A stretch of DNA of 64,000 nt from Candidatus Omnitrophota bacterium (GCA_029261035.1 JAJDCD010000010.1:142612-206611); one strand, 5' to 3'. Shown: positions 47,110 through 57,636, counted from the stretch's first letter. Program-made: numbers and translations. Notes: generated by a model not told the origin, from the sequence alone.

Positions 47110-47340
47110 CTACGCGCCATCATTACCAATGGCTTCAACAGGACACTCAGAAAGTGCTTGTTCGCATTGTTCTTCTTCTTCAGGAGATTCTGCTTGTTTC
47201 TTAACAAAAGAATAACCATTATCACTTCGATCAAAATTCTCTGGAGCAGTTTGACGACACAAGTCACAGTCAATACACTGAGCATCGACATAAAACTTAC
47301 CCGCTACCGTCTCTTCTACTTTATTTTCTTTATCTGCCAT
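47110..47340 (-). CDS. Small ferredoxin (single Fe-S cluster type)
   Basis: 76 aa. CIDCDLC...CP Cys cluster and an acidic C-terminus. Confidence 0.65.
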   Translation of the reverse strand: MADKENKVEETVAGKFYVDAQCIDCDLCRQTAPENFDRSDNGYSFVKKQAESPEEEEQCEQALSECPVEAIGNDGA

Positions 47341-47454
47341 TTTTATTAACTCCTTAATACTGTGTTGAACTTAATTTACTCATTTATTATCCTTGATTAT
47401 ACGGCTTTTGACAAGAGTTCTTTAGCACTAAAAGCCAAGTTATACCCTCCCCTC

Positions 47455-47802
47455 CTATTGATCATAGGTAATCCACTTATCTACTTTCCCATCATAATCA
47501 ACGTCCTTCTCAGCGCTCACTATTTTTTCTCCGCTGACCTTCGCCCACTCATCCACAGAACCATCATAATTAGTATCTGCTTCAATACGCACCAAAGTCC
47601 CCCGATCAAAGTATTCCCAGCGATCCGGTTTTCCATCCTTGTTTTTATCACTAGCCACATTGCTAACTGTCGGAGCTGCTATCGTATCTCCAATTGTAGC
47701 CTGAATTTGATTTTTCTTACTTTCTCTTTTTTTCGCAAATGCATCAGAGGTAACTCCAATAGAAAAACAAAGAATTAGGATATATATATAGTATCTCATC
47801 AT
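47455..47802 (-). CDS. Small secreted protein with three DxDxDG-type (EF-hand/dockerin-like) calcium-binding loop repeats
   Basis: Signal peptide MMRYYIYILILCFSIGVTSDAFA. Repeats DKNKDGKPDRWEY, DTNYDGSVDEWAK, DVDYDGKVDKWITY. Confidence 0.45.
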   Translation of the reverse strand: MMRYYIYILILCFSIGVTSDAFAKKRESKKNQIQATIGDTIAAPTVSNVASDKNKDGKPDRWEYFDRGTLVRIEADTNYDGSVDEWAKVSGEKIVSAEKDVDYDGKVDKWITYDQ

Positions 47803-47834
47803 ACTTTTCTCCTTTAAATTGTTAGGCTTACTTT

Positions 47835-48803
47835 TTATTTCTTTTTCTCAAAAAAGCCTTGTTTAAAGATATCGTTTGTTTCGTACAATTCCTGAAGCTC
47901 CTTAAATATTTCTATTGAGACCGGGTTGTTCTCAGAAGCTAAAAGATTCATCGCTACCTGTTCGGACGTTTTTGCTCCTGGAATAACTACAGAAACTGGT
48001 TTCTGTCTTAGAACAAACCCTAAACTAAAAGGGATTGGCTCCGTTTTTAATTTTTCATATCTAGTCTTTAAAACTTCTACCTTTTTAAGAATTAACTCGA
48101 TTTTTTCTTTAGACCAACGCCTCCGATGATCATTTTTTGGAAACTCCACTTCTTTCGTATATTTACCTGTCAGCATTCCACACTCTAAAGGCTCTCTGGC
48201 AATAACCCCTATTTTCTTTTCTTCTGCAAAAGATAAAAAATTCTCTCCAACTCTCTGATCAACTAAGTTGTATATACATTGGACGGTATCCATCACACCC
48301 GTATTCACCCAAGCTTCCCCTTGCCATGGAACAAAAATAGAGACACCAATAAAACGGATTTTTCCCTCTTTCTGAGCTAATAGTAATTGGGATAATAGGG
48401 CTTCAAAATTCTCCAACAAAGAATCAGGTGGGTTATGAAGTTGATAAACATCGATATAGTCAGTATTCAAACGCTTCAAACTAGAATGGATTGCTTCCTT
48501 AATATAACTAGGGTCATAATTCGAGCGAACGGCTCCTTGAGTAAAGTCCCAACCTCCCTTAGTCGCAAGAACAACTTGGCCTCGCTTCCCTTTAAGCGCT
48601 GTCCCAACAAGCTCTTCGCTTTTACCAAAACCATAAATGTCTGCTGTATCAATAAAATTGACGCCCTGATCCAGAGCAAAGGAAAGTGCTTTCAAAGACT
48701 CGGAATCTGAAGTGGCACCGTAGCTATTCCCACTAATGCCCCATGATCCGAAACCAATTTCCGAAACGTTAAGCTGAGTTCTTCCTAAAATTCTATATTT
48801 CAT
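47835..48803 (-). CDS. Aldo/keto reductase family oxidoreductase
   Basis: 322 aa. The AKR N-terminus (LGRTQLNVSEIGFGSW...FIDTADIYG) carries the catalytic Asp/Tyr/Lys context. Confidence 0.8.
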   Translation of the reverse strand: MKYRILGRTQLNVSEIGFGSWGISGNSYGATSDSESLKALSFALDQGVNFIDTADIYGFGKSEELVGTALKGKRGQVVLATKGGWDFTQGAVRSNYDPSYIKEAIHSSLKRLNTDYIDVYQLHNPPDSLLENFEALLSQLLLAQKEGKIRFIGVSIFVPWQGEAWVNTGVMDTVQCIYNLVDQRVGENFLSFAEEKKIGVIAREPLECGMLTGKYTKEVEFPKNDHRRRWSKEKIELILKKVEVLKTRYEKLKTEPIPFSLGFVLRQKPVSVVIPGAKTSEQVAMNLLASENNPVSIEIFKELQELYETNDIFKQGFFEKKK

Positions 48804-48834
48804 GAGTAGAGGTGCGAAACAACCTTAGACTTGT

Positions 48835-49989
48835 TTATTCTTGTTTCGTTAACTGTCGTAGAGCATTGAGCAAAGATTCAATATCTTTTTCAGAATTAAA
48901 AAAACCTGGGCTAACACGAATGGTTCCTGTAGGAAACGTTCCCAAAAACTCATGGCACAAAGGGGCGCAATGAATTCCAGAACGAAGTGCTAAATTAAAA
49001 GATTGATCCAAAATAATTCCAACATCTGCAGGATCTAAACCTTCAAGAACAAAAGAAAGAGTTGCTGTGCTCTGCTTTACAGAATCTAGCCCAAACGTTT
49101 TAACCCCTTTAATGGACTTAAGACCTTCCCTCAGTTGTTTCATTAATTTAAATTCATGATCTCGAATAACATCAATTCCCGTGTCATAAACAAACTTCAA
49201 ACCTTCCGCTAAGCCAACAATACCAACGGTATTAGGCGTTCCTCCTTCTAAAACAAAGGGAAAGTCTTCAGGGTGAGTCGGGTTTTCGGAGCCCATCCCC
49301 GTTCCCCCTTCACGCCATGGAGTAATCTCTTCAACTCGCTTACCCACATAAAGGCCTCCTGTGCCCGTAGGCCCCAACAAAGATTTATGTCCTGGAAAAG
49401 CGAGTAAATCGATAAAATCTGTTTCAACATCAATAGGAAAAACACCAATTGTTTGAGCTCCATCAACTAGAAAAAGAGCTCCTCGTTCACGAACAATTTT
49501 TCCGATTTCACAAATAGGCTGTAAGGTTCCGGTAACATTAGAAGCATGGGTTAAAGCAACCAGTCGAGTTTTATGTGTAAAAGCCTTTCCAATATCCTCT
49601 GGATTAATCACACAGTCCTTATTAGGTTTTACTTTTGTCAATGTAATCACACCATCTTCTTCAAGGCTATGAAGCGGTCTCAAAACAGAATTATGCTCCA
49701 ATACAGACGTGATAACATGGTCTCCTTTTTTTAGAATTCCCTTCATACCCATATTCAATGCATCCGTACAATTTAAAGCAAAAGCAATACGTGAGGCATC
49801 TTGAGCTCCGATAAATTTCGCAATTAACGCACGCGCGCTTTCCACAGAAGCTTCTGCCTCAACAGACATACGATGTCCCGATCTTCCAGGATTAGCTGCT
49901 TCTTCTCTTAAAAACTTTTCCATACGCTCATACACGCGCGCAGGTTTTGGAAATGATGTTGCTGCATTATCTAAATAGGTAACACTCAT
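48835..49989 (-). CDS. SufS/CsdA-like (group II) cysteine desulfurase, class V aminotransferase
   Basis: YLDNAATSFPKP, LTHASNVTGT, DGAQ, AFPGHKSLLGPTGTGGLYV (PLP-Lys), and ALRSGIHCA active-site Cys loop. The likely start is ATG 49989 (MSVTYL) after AAGGAAG. The track start at 50079 translates a repeat element. Confidence 0.8.
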   Translation of the reverse strand: MSVTYLDNAATSFPKPARVYERMEKFLREEAANPGRSGHRMSVEAEASVESARALIAKFIGAQDASRIAFALNCTDALNMGMKGILKKGDHVITSVLEHNSVLRPLHSLEEDGVITLTKVKPNKDCVINPEDIGKAFTHKTRLVALTHASNVTGTLQPICEIGKIVRERGALFLVDGAQTIGVFPIDVETDFIDLLAFPGHKSLLGPTGTGGLYVGKRVEEITPWREGGTGMGSENPTHPEDFPFVLEGGTPNTVGIVGLAEGLKFVYDTGIDVIRDHEFKLMKQLREGLKSIKGVKTFGLDSVKQSTATLSFVLEGLDPADVGIILDQSFNLALRSGIHCAPLCHEFLGTFPTGTIRVSPGFFNSEKDIESLLNALRQLTKQE

Positions 49990-50004
49990 GATTCTTCCTT
50001 TTTT

Positions 50005-50066
50005 AATAGTGTTTAGCGTAGAGCGTTTAACCCTCACCCCAGCCCTCTCCCTGTTAGGTAGAGGAA
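50005..50066. repeat. Heptamer-repeat leader (AATAGTGTTTAGCGTAGAGCG) fused to a family G palindromic repeat, between the E1 gene stop and the SufS-like start
   Basis: TTTTTTAATAGTGTTTAGCGTAGAGCGTTTAACCCTCACCCCAGCCCTCTCCCTGTTAGGTAGAGG. Immediately 5' of SD AAGGAAG of the desulfurase. Confidence 0.6.
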
Positions 50067-50078
50067 AACCCTTGGTCA

Positions 50079-51122
50079 TTAAACACTGATATATTTTGAG
50101 TAGATCGATTTAGCTCGGGAAATATCATTTGTTCCCTTAATAATCGCTCTTCCATCTAAAAATAAAGTTAATTCGTAATCTTTTCCCGATTCATTAAAGT
50201 CACACTTTAACAAAAAAGCATTCGATGTAACTTTTCCAATGTGCTCTAATTTTTCTGCAATAATTTTAAAATCAATTTTCAATTGATCATCCCGACTGAT
50301 TTGAACCGCATTACGGCCACACAATGTGCTGGTCCGCATTCCTTTGTCACCAGACAAGTATTCAAATTTCTCTTTTTGACATACGGGGCATTCCGGATCA
50401 ATTTCTTGTTTCGTTCCAAAAACCTGAGAGCGTTTTTCCCACACATTATAGCTATAAAGCCCTTCCGTGGTCTGCTCTATTTGCCCAGATAAAATTTTAA
50501 TCGCTTCCATCGATTGTAACGAAGAAACAATATTTACAATAGGCGACAAAATTCCTGCCGTATCACAAGTAGGCGTTAATTCAGGTGGTGGGGCTGACTG
50601 AAAATAACAAGAAAGACACGGGGTCTTCTTAGGGATCACAACCATAGTTAAACCTTGATCCCCCACACAACCTCCATAAATCCATGGGATATTATGTTTT
50701 ACACAAGCTTCATTAATCGTATACCGAACATCAAAATTATCTGTTCCGTCTAAAACCAAGTCGCGGCCTTTAACCAAATTTTCAATGTTAGAATAATTAG
50801 CATCTGCAACAATGGCTTCTATATTTGCTTGGCTATTTATTTTCTCCAGCTTCTGCTTTGCAGCAATAGCTTTGGGTAAATTATTTTCAACATCTTCCTC
50901 ATTAAAAAGTACCTGGCGTTGAAGATTATTTAATTCCACAAAATCACGATCAACAATCGTTAAGTTTTCTACACCACAACGAACCAAAGTATTAGCAATC
51001 ACAGTTCCCAGAGCTCCGCAACCAATCAAAGTAACTTTACTCGACGAAATCTTTCGCTGCCTCTCTTCTCCAATTTTAGGAAAAAGATACTGACGTTGGT
51101 ATCGGGAAATATCTTTACTCAA
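50079..51122 (-). CDS. ThiF/MoeB-family E1-like enzyme with about 95-aa uncharacterised C-terminal extension
   Basis: YQRQYLFPKIGEERQ...VTLIGCGALGTVIANTLVRCGV nucleotide-binding region, and CLSC...CPVC zinc motif at MoeB-like spacing. The tail has no rhodanese and no C-terminal Gly-Gly. TTG start at 51122 overlaps the upstream stop by 8 nt. Confidence 0.75.
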   Translation of the reverse strand: MSKDISRYQRQYLFPKIGEERQRKISSSKVTLIGCGALGTVIANTLVRCGVENLTIVDRDFVELNNLQRQVLFNEEDVENNLPKAIAAKQKLEKINSQANIEAIVADANYSNIENLVKGRDLVLDGTDNFDVRYTINEACVKHNIPWIYGGCVGDQGLTMVVIPKKTPCLSCYFQSAPPPELTPTCDTAGILSPIVNIVSSLQSMEAIKILSGQIEQTTEGLYSYNVWEKRSQVFGTKQEIDPECPVCQKEKFEYLSGDKGMRTSTLCGRNAVQISRDDQLKIDFKIIAEKLEHIGKVTSNAFLLKCDFNESGKDYELTLFLDGRAIIKGTNDISRAKSIYSKYISV

Positions 51123-52254
51123 TTTCTTGTCCTCTTACAGCAGAGGTCAAAAGATGCGACTCTTCTGACTTCTGAAAAGAATATACGGTATCCCTTTGAA
51201 TGGGCACTTTTCCAATTTTCTCTATTCGTTGTTCAAACGCATCCACGCTCACATATTCCCCATGAGTTCCACCCGCATTACGCGTAATAGTTTCAGAATA
51301 AAGCGTTCCTCCCACATCATTCGCACCACATTGTAAAGACTGAATTGCAAAGTCCAGTCCCATCTTCACCCAACTAGTCTGAATGTTTCGAATTGTATTC
51401 TGAAAATAAATTCTAGAAACAGCAAGCATTCTCAGCTGTAAACTCGATCGATCTTGCTCGATGCCTTTACGTTCTAAAACACGTCCTAAAGGCGCATTGT
51501 CTGGCATAAAAAGAAGCGGGATAAACTCTGTAATCATTCCGGTCTCTTTCTGCAAGTCTCTTATCCTATTTAAATGCCTCACCCAATGCTTGGGTTCCTC
51601 AATATGGCCAAATAAAATGGTGCTTGTCGAATGAAGCCCTAATTCATGGCCACATTTAATAATCTCGATCCAAGTATCACTATTAATTTTCGTAGGGCAC
51701 ACTTTTGCTCTGATTTCATCATCTAAAATTTCCGCCGCCGTTCCACACATGGAATCCATTCCAGATTGAATAGAGTCTGCTATAACCTCTCGATAACTTT
51801 TTCCTGTCTTCTCAGAATAATAAGCAATTTCTTCTGGAGAAAAAGCATGACAATGAATTTCACGGTCATAATCTTTAACTGCCCTCAGCAAGGATAATGC
51901 TTTTTCCAAAGGAACCCGATCTGTAAGTCCGCCTTGATAGGTAATCTCAGTAATACCTTTACCCCGTACCTTCTCTACAATTCCTTCTTCCGATAAAACA
52001 AAAGCGTCTTCCTCATTCCCGTTTCGTCTAAAAGCACAAAAAGTACAATGCAACTCACACACATTAGTAAAATTGATATTCATATTATGAACAAAGCTAA
52101 CCACATTCCCATTTTGCTCTTCATTAATATAGTTCGCTAAATCAAAAACATCCTGAAGCAGTTCCTTATCTTCAATTTCAAAAAGATAAAGAGCTTCCTC
52201 ATTTGTGATGTCTTGATGATTTAAAACTTTACGTTTAATTTCCGGGAACATCAT
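51115..52254 (-). CDS. Radical SAM enzyme of the MqnC/MqnE/CofG/CofH family (futalosine-pathway-type)
   Basis: NINFTNVCELHCTFCAF cluster motif characteristic of this family. FIPLLFMPDNAPL, LRMLAVSRIYFQNTIRNIQTSWVKMGL, GANDVGGTL and QRDTVY blocks match MqnC/MqnE. Confidence 0.75.
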   Translation of the reverse strand: MMFPEIKRKVLNHQDITNEEALYLFEIEDKELLQDVFDLANYINEEQNGNVVSFVHNMNINFTNVCELHCTFCAFRRNGNEEDAFVLSEEGIVEKVRGKGITEITYQGGLTDRVPLEKALSLLRAVKDYDREIHCHAFSPEEIAYYSEKTGKSYREVIADSIQSGMDSMCGTAAEILDDEIRAKVCPTKINSDTWIEIIKCGHELGLHSTSTILFGHIEEPKHWVRHLNRIRDLQKETGMITEFIPLLFMPDNAPLGRVLERKGIEQDRSSLQLRMLAVSRIYFQNTIRNIQTSWVKMGLDFAIQSLQCGANDVGGTLYSETITRNAGGTHGEYVSVDAFEQRIEKIGKVPIQRDTVYSFQKSEESHLLTSAVRGQEIE

Positions 52255-52285
52255 TTTTCCTTATTTAACAAAATAACATTTTTTC

Positions 52286-52395
52286 GTCATTGCGAGGCGT
52301 TCAACAAAAAGAGTCGCGGCAATCTCAGGAAGAAGAGAAAATCTTATTTAGTCCGAGATTGCTTCGGCTCGTTCTACTTAAGGCCTCGCAATGAC
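52286..52395. repeat. MITE-like nested palindromic element, family E
   Basis: GTCATTGCGAGGCG ... GAGTCGCGGCAATCTCAG ... GAGATTGCTTCGGCTC ... CCTCGCAATGAC. Confidence 0.65.
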
Positions 52396-52400
52396 GAACT

Positions 52401-53471
52401 CTAACAAATGGAGAACATTTTTTCTAACGCGGCAATGGAATCTTTTTTAACTTCATCTTTAACAAATACTTCATTCACATTACCCAAATGATCTAAAGTG
52501 AAAAGTAAATTCTTTAGATTAATCTTAAACATATTAGGGCACAAAGAACGATCTAGTTCGATAATCTTCTTATCTGGATTTCGAATAGCGGTATTTCTTA
52601 CATGGTTAATTTCCGTGCCAATAATAATGGTGGCTCCCGGCTCGGCCTGAGCTACAAAATCATTAATAAACTTGGTGCTTCCTGCATAATCCGCTTCACG
52701 AACTACAGGCTCTGGACACTCAGGATGAACAACGATCGAAGCCTCTGGATAACGTTGTCTCATATCTTGAACCATTTTTGGAGTAAAGTGCGTATGCACA
52801 TGGCAAAAACCTTTCCATAACAAAACAGTGGAATCTTTAATTTTCTCTACAGACAGACCTCCGTTTTCTTGGTATGGATCAAAAATATTTAATTTCTCTC
52901 GAGGCACACCTAACTTCAAAGCAGTGTTATGAGCTAAATGTTGATCGGGCATAAAAAAGATTTTCTTACCTTGATTGAAATAATGAGTAAAGACCTTGTC
53001 ACAGTTAGAAGAAGTAACCGTGGTCCCCCCATATTTTCCGCAGAGTGCTTTAATTAAAACGGTAGAATTAATATAAGCAACCGGAACAATATTTTCTTCA
53101 CCCACAATCTTAGACACTTCTTCCCATGCTGTTTCCGCTTGATCAATTTCCGCAAAATCAGACAACGGGCATCCTGCTAAATGATTGGGTAAATATACTT
53201 TTTGATTCTCACTTGCCAACACTCGACTTGTTTGAGCCATAAAATGAACACCGCAAAATACAATATGTTTCGCATCCTTATTCTCTTTACCCTTTTGGGC
53301 CATAGCAAGAGAATCTCCTGTAAAATCAGCCAACTCCGTAATCTCATAACGCTGATAGTTATGAGCTAGAATGAGCAGATCTTTTCCAAGCTCTTTTTTA
53401 TGCGCTTTAATTCGCTCAATAGCTTCTTCATCGGTTAAGTTTTGAATATCTTCATTTACAAGAGTAACCAC
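52401..53471 (-). CDS. nadA: Quinolinate synthase
   Basis: 356 aa. NadA motifs (ILAHNYQ, VFCGVHFMAQT, C113/C200/C297-type Cys: LAGCPL, GFCHVH, SLCPNM). GTG start after AGGAGG. Confidence 0.85.
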   Translation of the reverse strand: MVTLVNEDIQNLTDEEAIERIKAHKKELGKDLLILAHNYQRYEITELADFTGDSLAMAQKGKENKDAKHIVFCGVHFMAQTSRVLASENQKVYLPNHLAGCPLSDFAEIDQAETAWEEVSKIVGEENIVPVAYINSTVLIKALCGKYGGTTVTSSNCDKVFTHYFNQGKKIFFMPDQHLAHNTALKLGVPREKLNIFDPYQENGGLSVEKIKDSTVLLWKGFCHVHTHFTPKMVQDMRQRYPEASIVVHPECPEPVVREADYAGSTKFINDFVAQAEPGATIIIGTEINHVRNTAIRNPDKKIIELDRSLCPNMFKINLKNLLFTLDHLGNVNEVFVKDEVKKDSIAALEKMFSIC

Positions 53472-53497
53472 AATTTCCTCCTACACGGGAATGAAGG

Positions 53498-53596
53498 TGA
53501 CTGTCACTTAAAGTGACTGTCACCGAGCTAAACTTCATCACAACTTCACAAGTGACAGTCACTTTGCTCTGCTTCTGCAGGCAAGTGACAGTCACT
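53498..53596. repeat. Cluster of four GTGAC(A/T)GTCAC palindromes with internal CTGC...GCAG hairpin (family P, copy 2). Fills the thiC-nadA spacer.
   Basis: Copies at 53498, 53513, 53552 and 53586. Internal sequence TTTGCTCTGCTTCTGCAGGCAAGTGACAGTCAC parallels the 21693-21728 copy. Confidence 0.7.
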
Positions 53597-53599
53597 AAT

Positions 53600-54976
<1,377 letters not shown>

Positions 54977-55118
54977 TCATCTAAATAGATATAGATACAC
55001 TTTTCGTGTGAATAGAACCAAGTATTTTATCATAAGCCCCTCTAAGGGTCCAATGAAAGCCTGTTAACGTCTTATAATGTTCTTTTTTAATGCCTCTCAC
55101 TCAAGAAAGCTAAGAATG

Positions 55119-56327
55119 TTAGGTGTTTTTGATTATTTCTCGGAGAACAGAGGTTGCATAGCAACCTTTGGGGAGCTCAAAAGATAACTGAACCCCTTTC
55201 AAGATAGGCTCCACTTCTATTTCTTTAATAGGAAACCGGTAAGCACGGCGGGTACCAGACAACTCAATTTTAGGAAAAGGAGATTTAAATATTTCTGGAG
55301 ATATTTCTTCTTCATCTAAAACCTGTTTTTCTAAATCCAATTCAAAACCTTTTGCCATTTTCATTTTTGGGCCAAACACAGGTCCGGACGGAGATATTTC
55401 AAAAGCATGACACCGTTCTTTTTCAACTTCAACTTCTTCGACATCAAACAACGCACGATTCGCAACTTTTTCGGCCACATCGCCTTCAAATAATTGACTT
55501 ATCGTTTCAAGCCGTTTCTCCAAACAGCGATTAAAAATATAGGATTGATAAGACGACATATAAAAATATTTCATTTTTCGTGGCAAATTAACAATAACTT
55601 TTTCAGCATTTTGATCTGTTTTAATCCAATCGTACAATAATCTTCTTTCCATCTTAAAAAAATGCGGCCATTGGCTTAAAGAGGGCTCCCACTTACCTTC
55701 ATCAAAAAGTTTTCTTGCCTCAAAACTGACATCCTCTGGAGCGTTATTTTCTGAAGCTCCTAAAATAATCCGAATCGCTTCTTCGTATTTTTCTTGAAGT
55801 AATGCTTTCCCGATTAAATGGTTATCCCCATAACGCCCGAAACGCTGCTCCCCAAAATAATTGGGAACACCTTGCTTTTCTAAAACCTTTAAAATATTTT
55901 GAATCGGCTCCACACTAGATGCCGCAATGTCTCTTAAAACAATCTGAAAACGATTTCCTCGAAGATGGCCTATTCTTAATTTGTTTTTATGCAACGAAAC
56001 CTGAAGAAACTTCAATTTGGGATGCTCACATTGTTTAAACTGTTCTTCAGTAACGAGCCTCAAAGAAAACCACTGTCGGGAAATCGCTTTTGCATCCTTT
56101 AAACCCGCATACCCAATCTCTCGTTCTTTAATTTTTAAACTCTCACAAAAAAAACGAACAACCTCATAAGTTGTGATATTTTGCTTCTCCACCAAAACAT
56201 AAAGATGCTCACCTTCTCCTTCTGGCAAATAAGAAGGGATTTCTTCCACAATAAAATCTGAGGCTTCTGATTTAAATGTTGCTGGAATACCCGGAATAGA
56301 AGATGTCAAATAAGGAAGGTTGTTCAT
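55119..56327 (-). CDS. truD: tRNA pseudouridine(13) synthase
   Basis: 402 aa. TruD signature (FIVEEIP, YAGLKDAKAISRQWFS with catalytic Asp, NYFGEQRFG). Confidence 0.8.
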   Translation of the reverse strand: MNNLPYLTSSIPGIPATFKSEASDFIVEEIPSYLPEGEGEHLYVLVEKQNITTYEVVRFFCESLKIKEREIGYAGLKDAKAISRQWFSLRLVTEEQFKQCEHPKLKFLQVSLHKNKLRIGHLRGNRFQIVLRDIAASSVEPIQNILKVLEKQGVPNYFGEQRFGRYGDNHLIGKALLQEKYEEAIRIILGASENNAPEDVSFEARKLFDEGKWEPSLSQWPHFFKMERRLLYDWIKTDQNAEKVIVNLPRKMKYFYMSSYQSYIFNRCLEKRLETISQLFEGDVAEKVANRALFDVEEVEVEKERCHAFEISPSGPVFGPKMKMAKGFELDLEKQVLDEEEISPEIFKSPFPKIELSGTRRAYRFPIKEIEVEPILKGVQLSFELPKGCYATSVLREIIKNT

Positions 56328-56384
56328 AGGGTCACTGGATCATGGCTTTCAGTCTATAGCTGTTAGCAAAATCCTTTTCTCTCC

Positions 56385-56424
56385 GTCATTGCGAGACAAT
56401 TGAAAATTAAGTCGTGGCAATGAC
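56385..56424. repeat. Truncated family E element (GTCATTGCGAG...GTCGTGGCAATGAC)
   Basis: Shares the TIR and inner-arm sequence of family E. Confidence 0.5.
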
Positions 56425-56432
56425 AAAACCAT

Positions 56433-56981
56433 CTAACTTTCGGAAATTTCTAAAAAGAGGGTTGTTGCTAATATTAGATTAACGCCTCGATTCACATTGT
56501 TGGGTGTCTTTTTCATTAATACCTGAATATCTCTACACAACTTTTTGTTTAATTCTTGAATTTTTTTATCGTTCTCTTCACACAAAATCGTATTCACATC
56601 TACCTGATTAATAAAGGCCTCTGATTTAAGTTTAAAATTTTCCAAAATTAGATTAGAAAACACAGGCAAATCTTCATACGCCTTCAATTGAGGCTCTTCG
56701 TTAATATTAAAACTGAGCTGAGCTAATTGTTTCAACTTTCGATTAACAAGAAAATACTTCTGAAGCTCTTCAACACCTTCAAGGTAAGGCTCCGATATCA
56801 CTTTAAATTCTTGTTTCAGATTGAGAACCGTTACCTCACTGTGTTCGATCAGCTTAATTGCTTCATCCGCATAAGGAAAATGTCTCTGAAAGAGTGCCTC
56901 TTCGACTTTCTGAAAAGCCTGAACAGTTAGATTGTATAAGGATAAAAATTCGCTCTTAAATTGTGTTTGATTTTGAGACAT
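56433..56981 (-). CDS. Hypothetical alpha-helical protein
   Basis: 182-aa ORF between truD and iscA in the same orientation. No motif recognised. Confidence 0.35.
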   Translation of the reverse strand: MSQNQTQFKSEFLSLYNLTVQAFQKVEEALFQRHFPYADEAIKLIEHSEVTVLNLKQEFKVISEPYLEGVEELQKYFLVNRKLKQLAQLSFNINEEPQLKAYEDLPVFSNLILENFKLKSEAFINQVDVNTILCEENDKKIQELNKKLCRDIQVLMKKTPNNVNRGVNLILATTLFLEISES

Positions 56982-56999
56982 AATAAACTCGGAAATAAA

Positions 57000-57320
57000 T
57001 TAAACGGAGAAGGACTCTCCGCAGCCACAGGTTCCGGAAGCATTTGGATTGATAAATCTAAACCCGCGATTATTCAGTCCGTCCATAAAATCCAAAGTAA
57101 TTCCTTTTAAATAAAGATAACTTTTTGGGTCACAAAAAACCTTAACGCCATTAACTTCAAATTCATTATCATTCTCTTTTTTTGCGTCAAAGTCCATATC
57201 ATAGGAAAGACCCGAGCAACCGCCCCCCTTAACCAAAAGACGGAGTCCTAGCTCATCTTTTCCTTCTTTTTCCAACAATCTTTTTACTTCTTCCGCAGCT
57301 TGCGGTGTTACTTGAATCAT
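57000..57320 (-). CDS. iscA: Iron-sulfur cluster insertion protein (HesB/IscA/ErpA family)
   Basis: 106 aa. GGGCSGLSY and C-terminal GTCGCGESF motif. Confidence 0.85.
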   Translation of the reverse strand: MIQVTPQAAEEVKRLLEKEGKDELGLRLLVKGGGCSGLSYDMDFDAKKENDNEFEVNGVKVFCDPKSYLYLKGITLDFMDGLNNRGFRFINPNASGTCGCGESFSV

Positions 57321-57430
57321 TTTAATCTTCCCCCTATATTCAATACTAACCCCATCATACAGACCCAGTCAAGCCTATAGGCTAGATCTCTTCAAATTCC
57401 TCTGTCAGAATTTCATCCTAAAGAAAAACA

Positions 57431-57610
57431 GATCCTTCGCTTCGCTCAGAATGACAACCTTCTAGAGTCATTGCAAGGTAAAAGCAAAAGGAGCCGTGGC
57501 AATCTCAGATGCTTGAAATCACTCCTTTTTCCCGAGATTGCCGCGGCTCACTTTTTAGACACCTCGCAATGACATTATTTTGCTTGTCATCCTGAGTGAA
57601 GCGAAGGATC
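57431..57610. repeat. Composite nested repeat: a family E element (57467-57573) bracketed by inverted family F arms (GATCCTTCGCTTCGCTCAGAATGACA ... TGTCATCCTGAGTGAAGCGAAGGATC)
   Basis: Seen in sequence in the iscA-iscS spacer. The 26-bp arms are reverse complements. Confidence 0.65.
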
Positions 57611-57636
57611 TCTGAAAAAAGATTGTTTTAGCCTTT

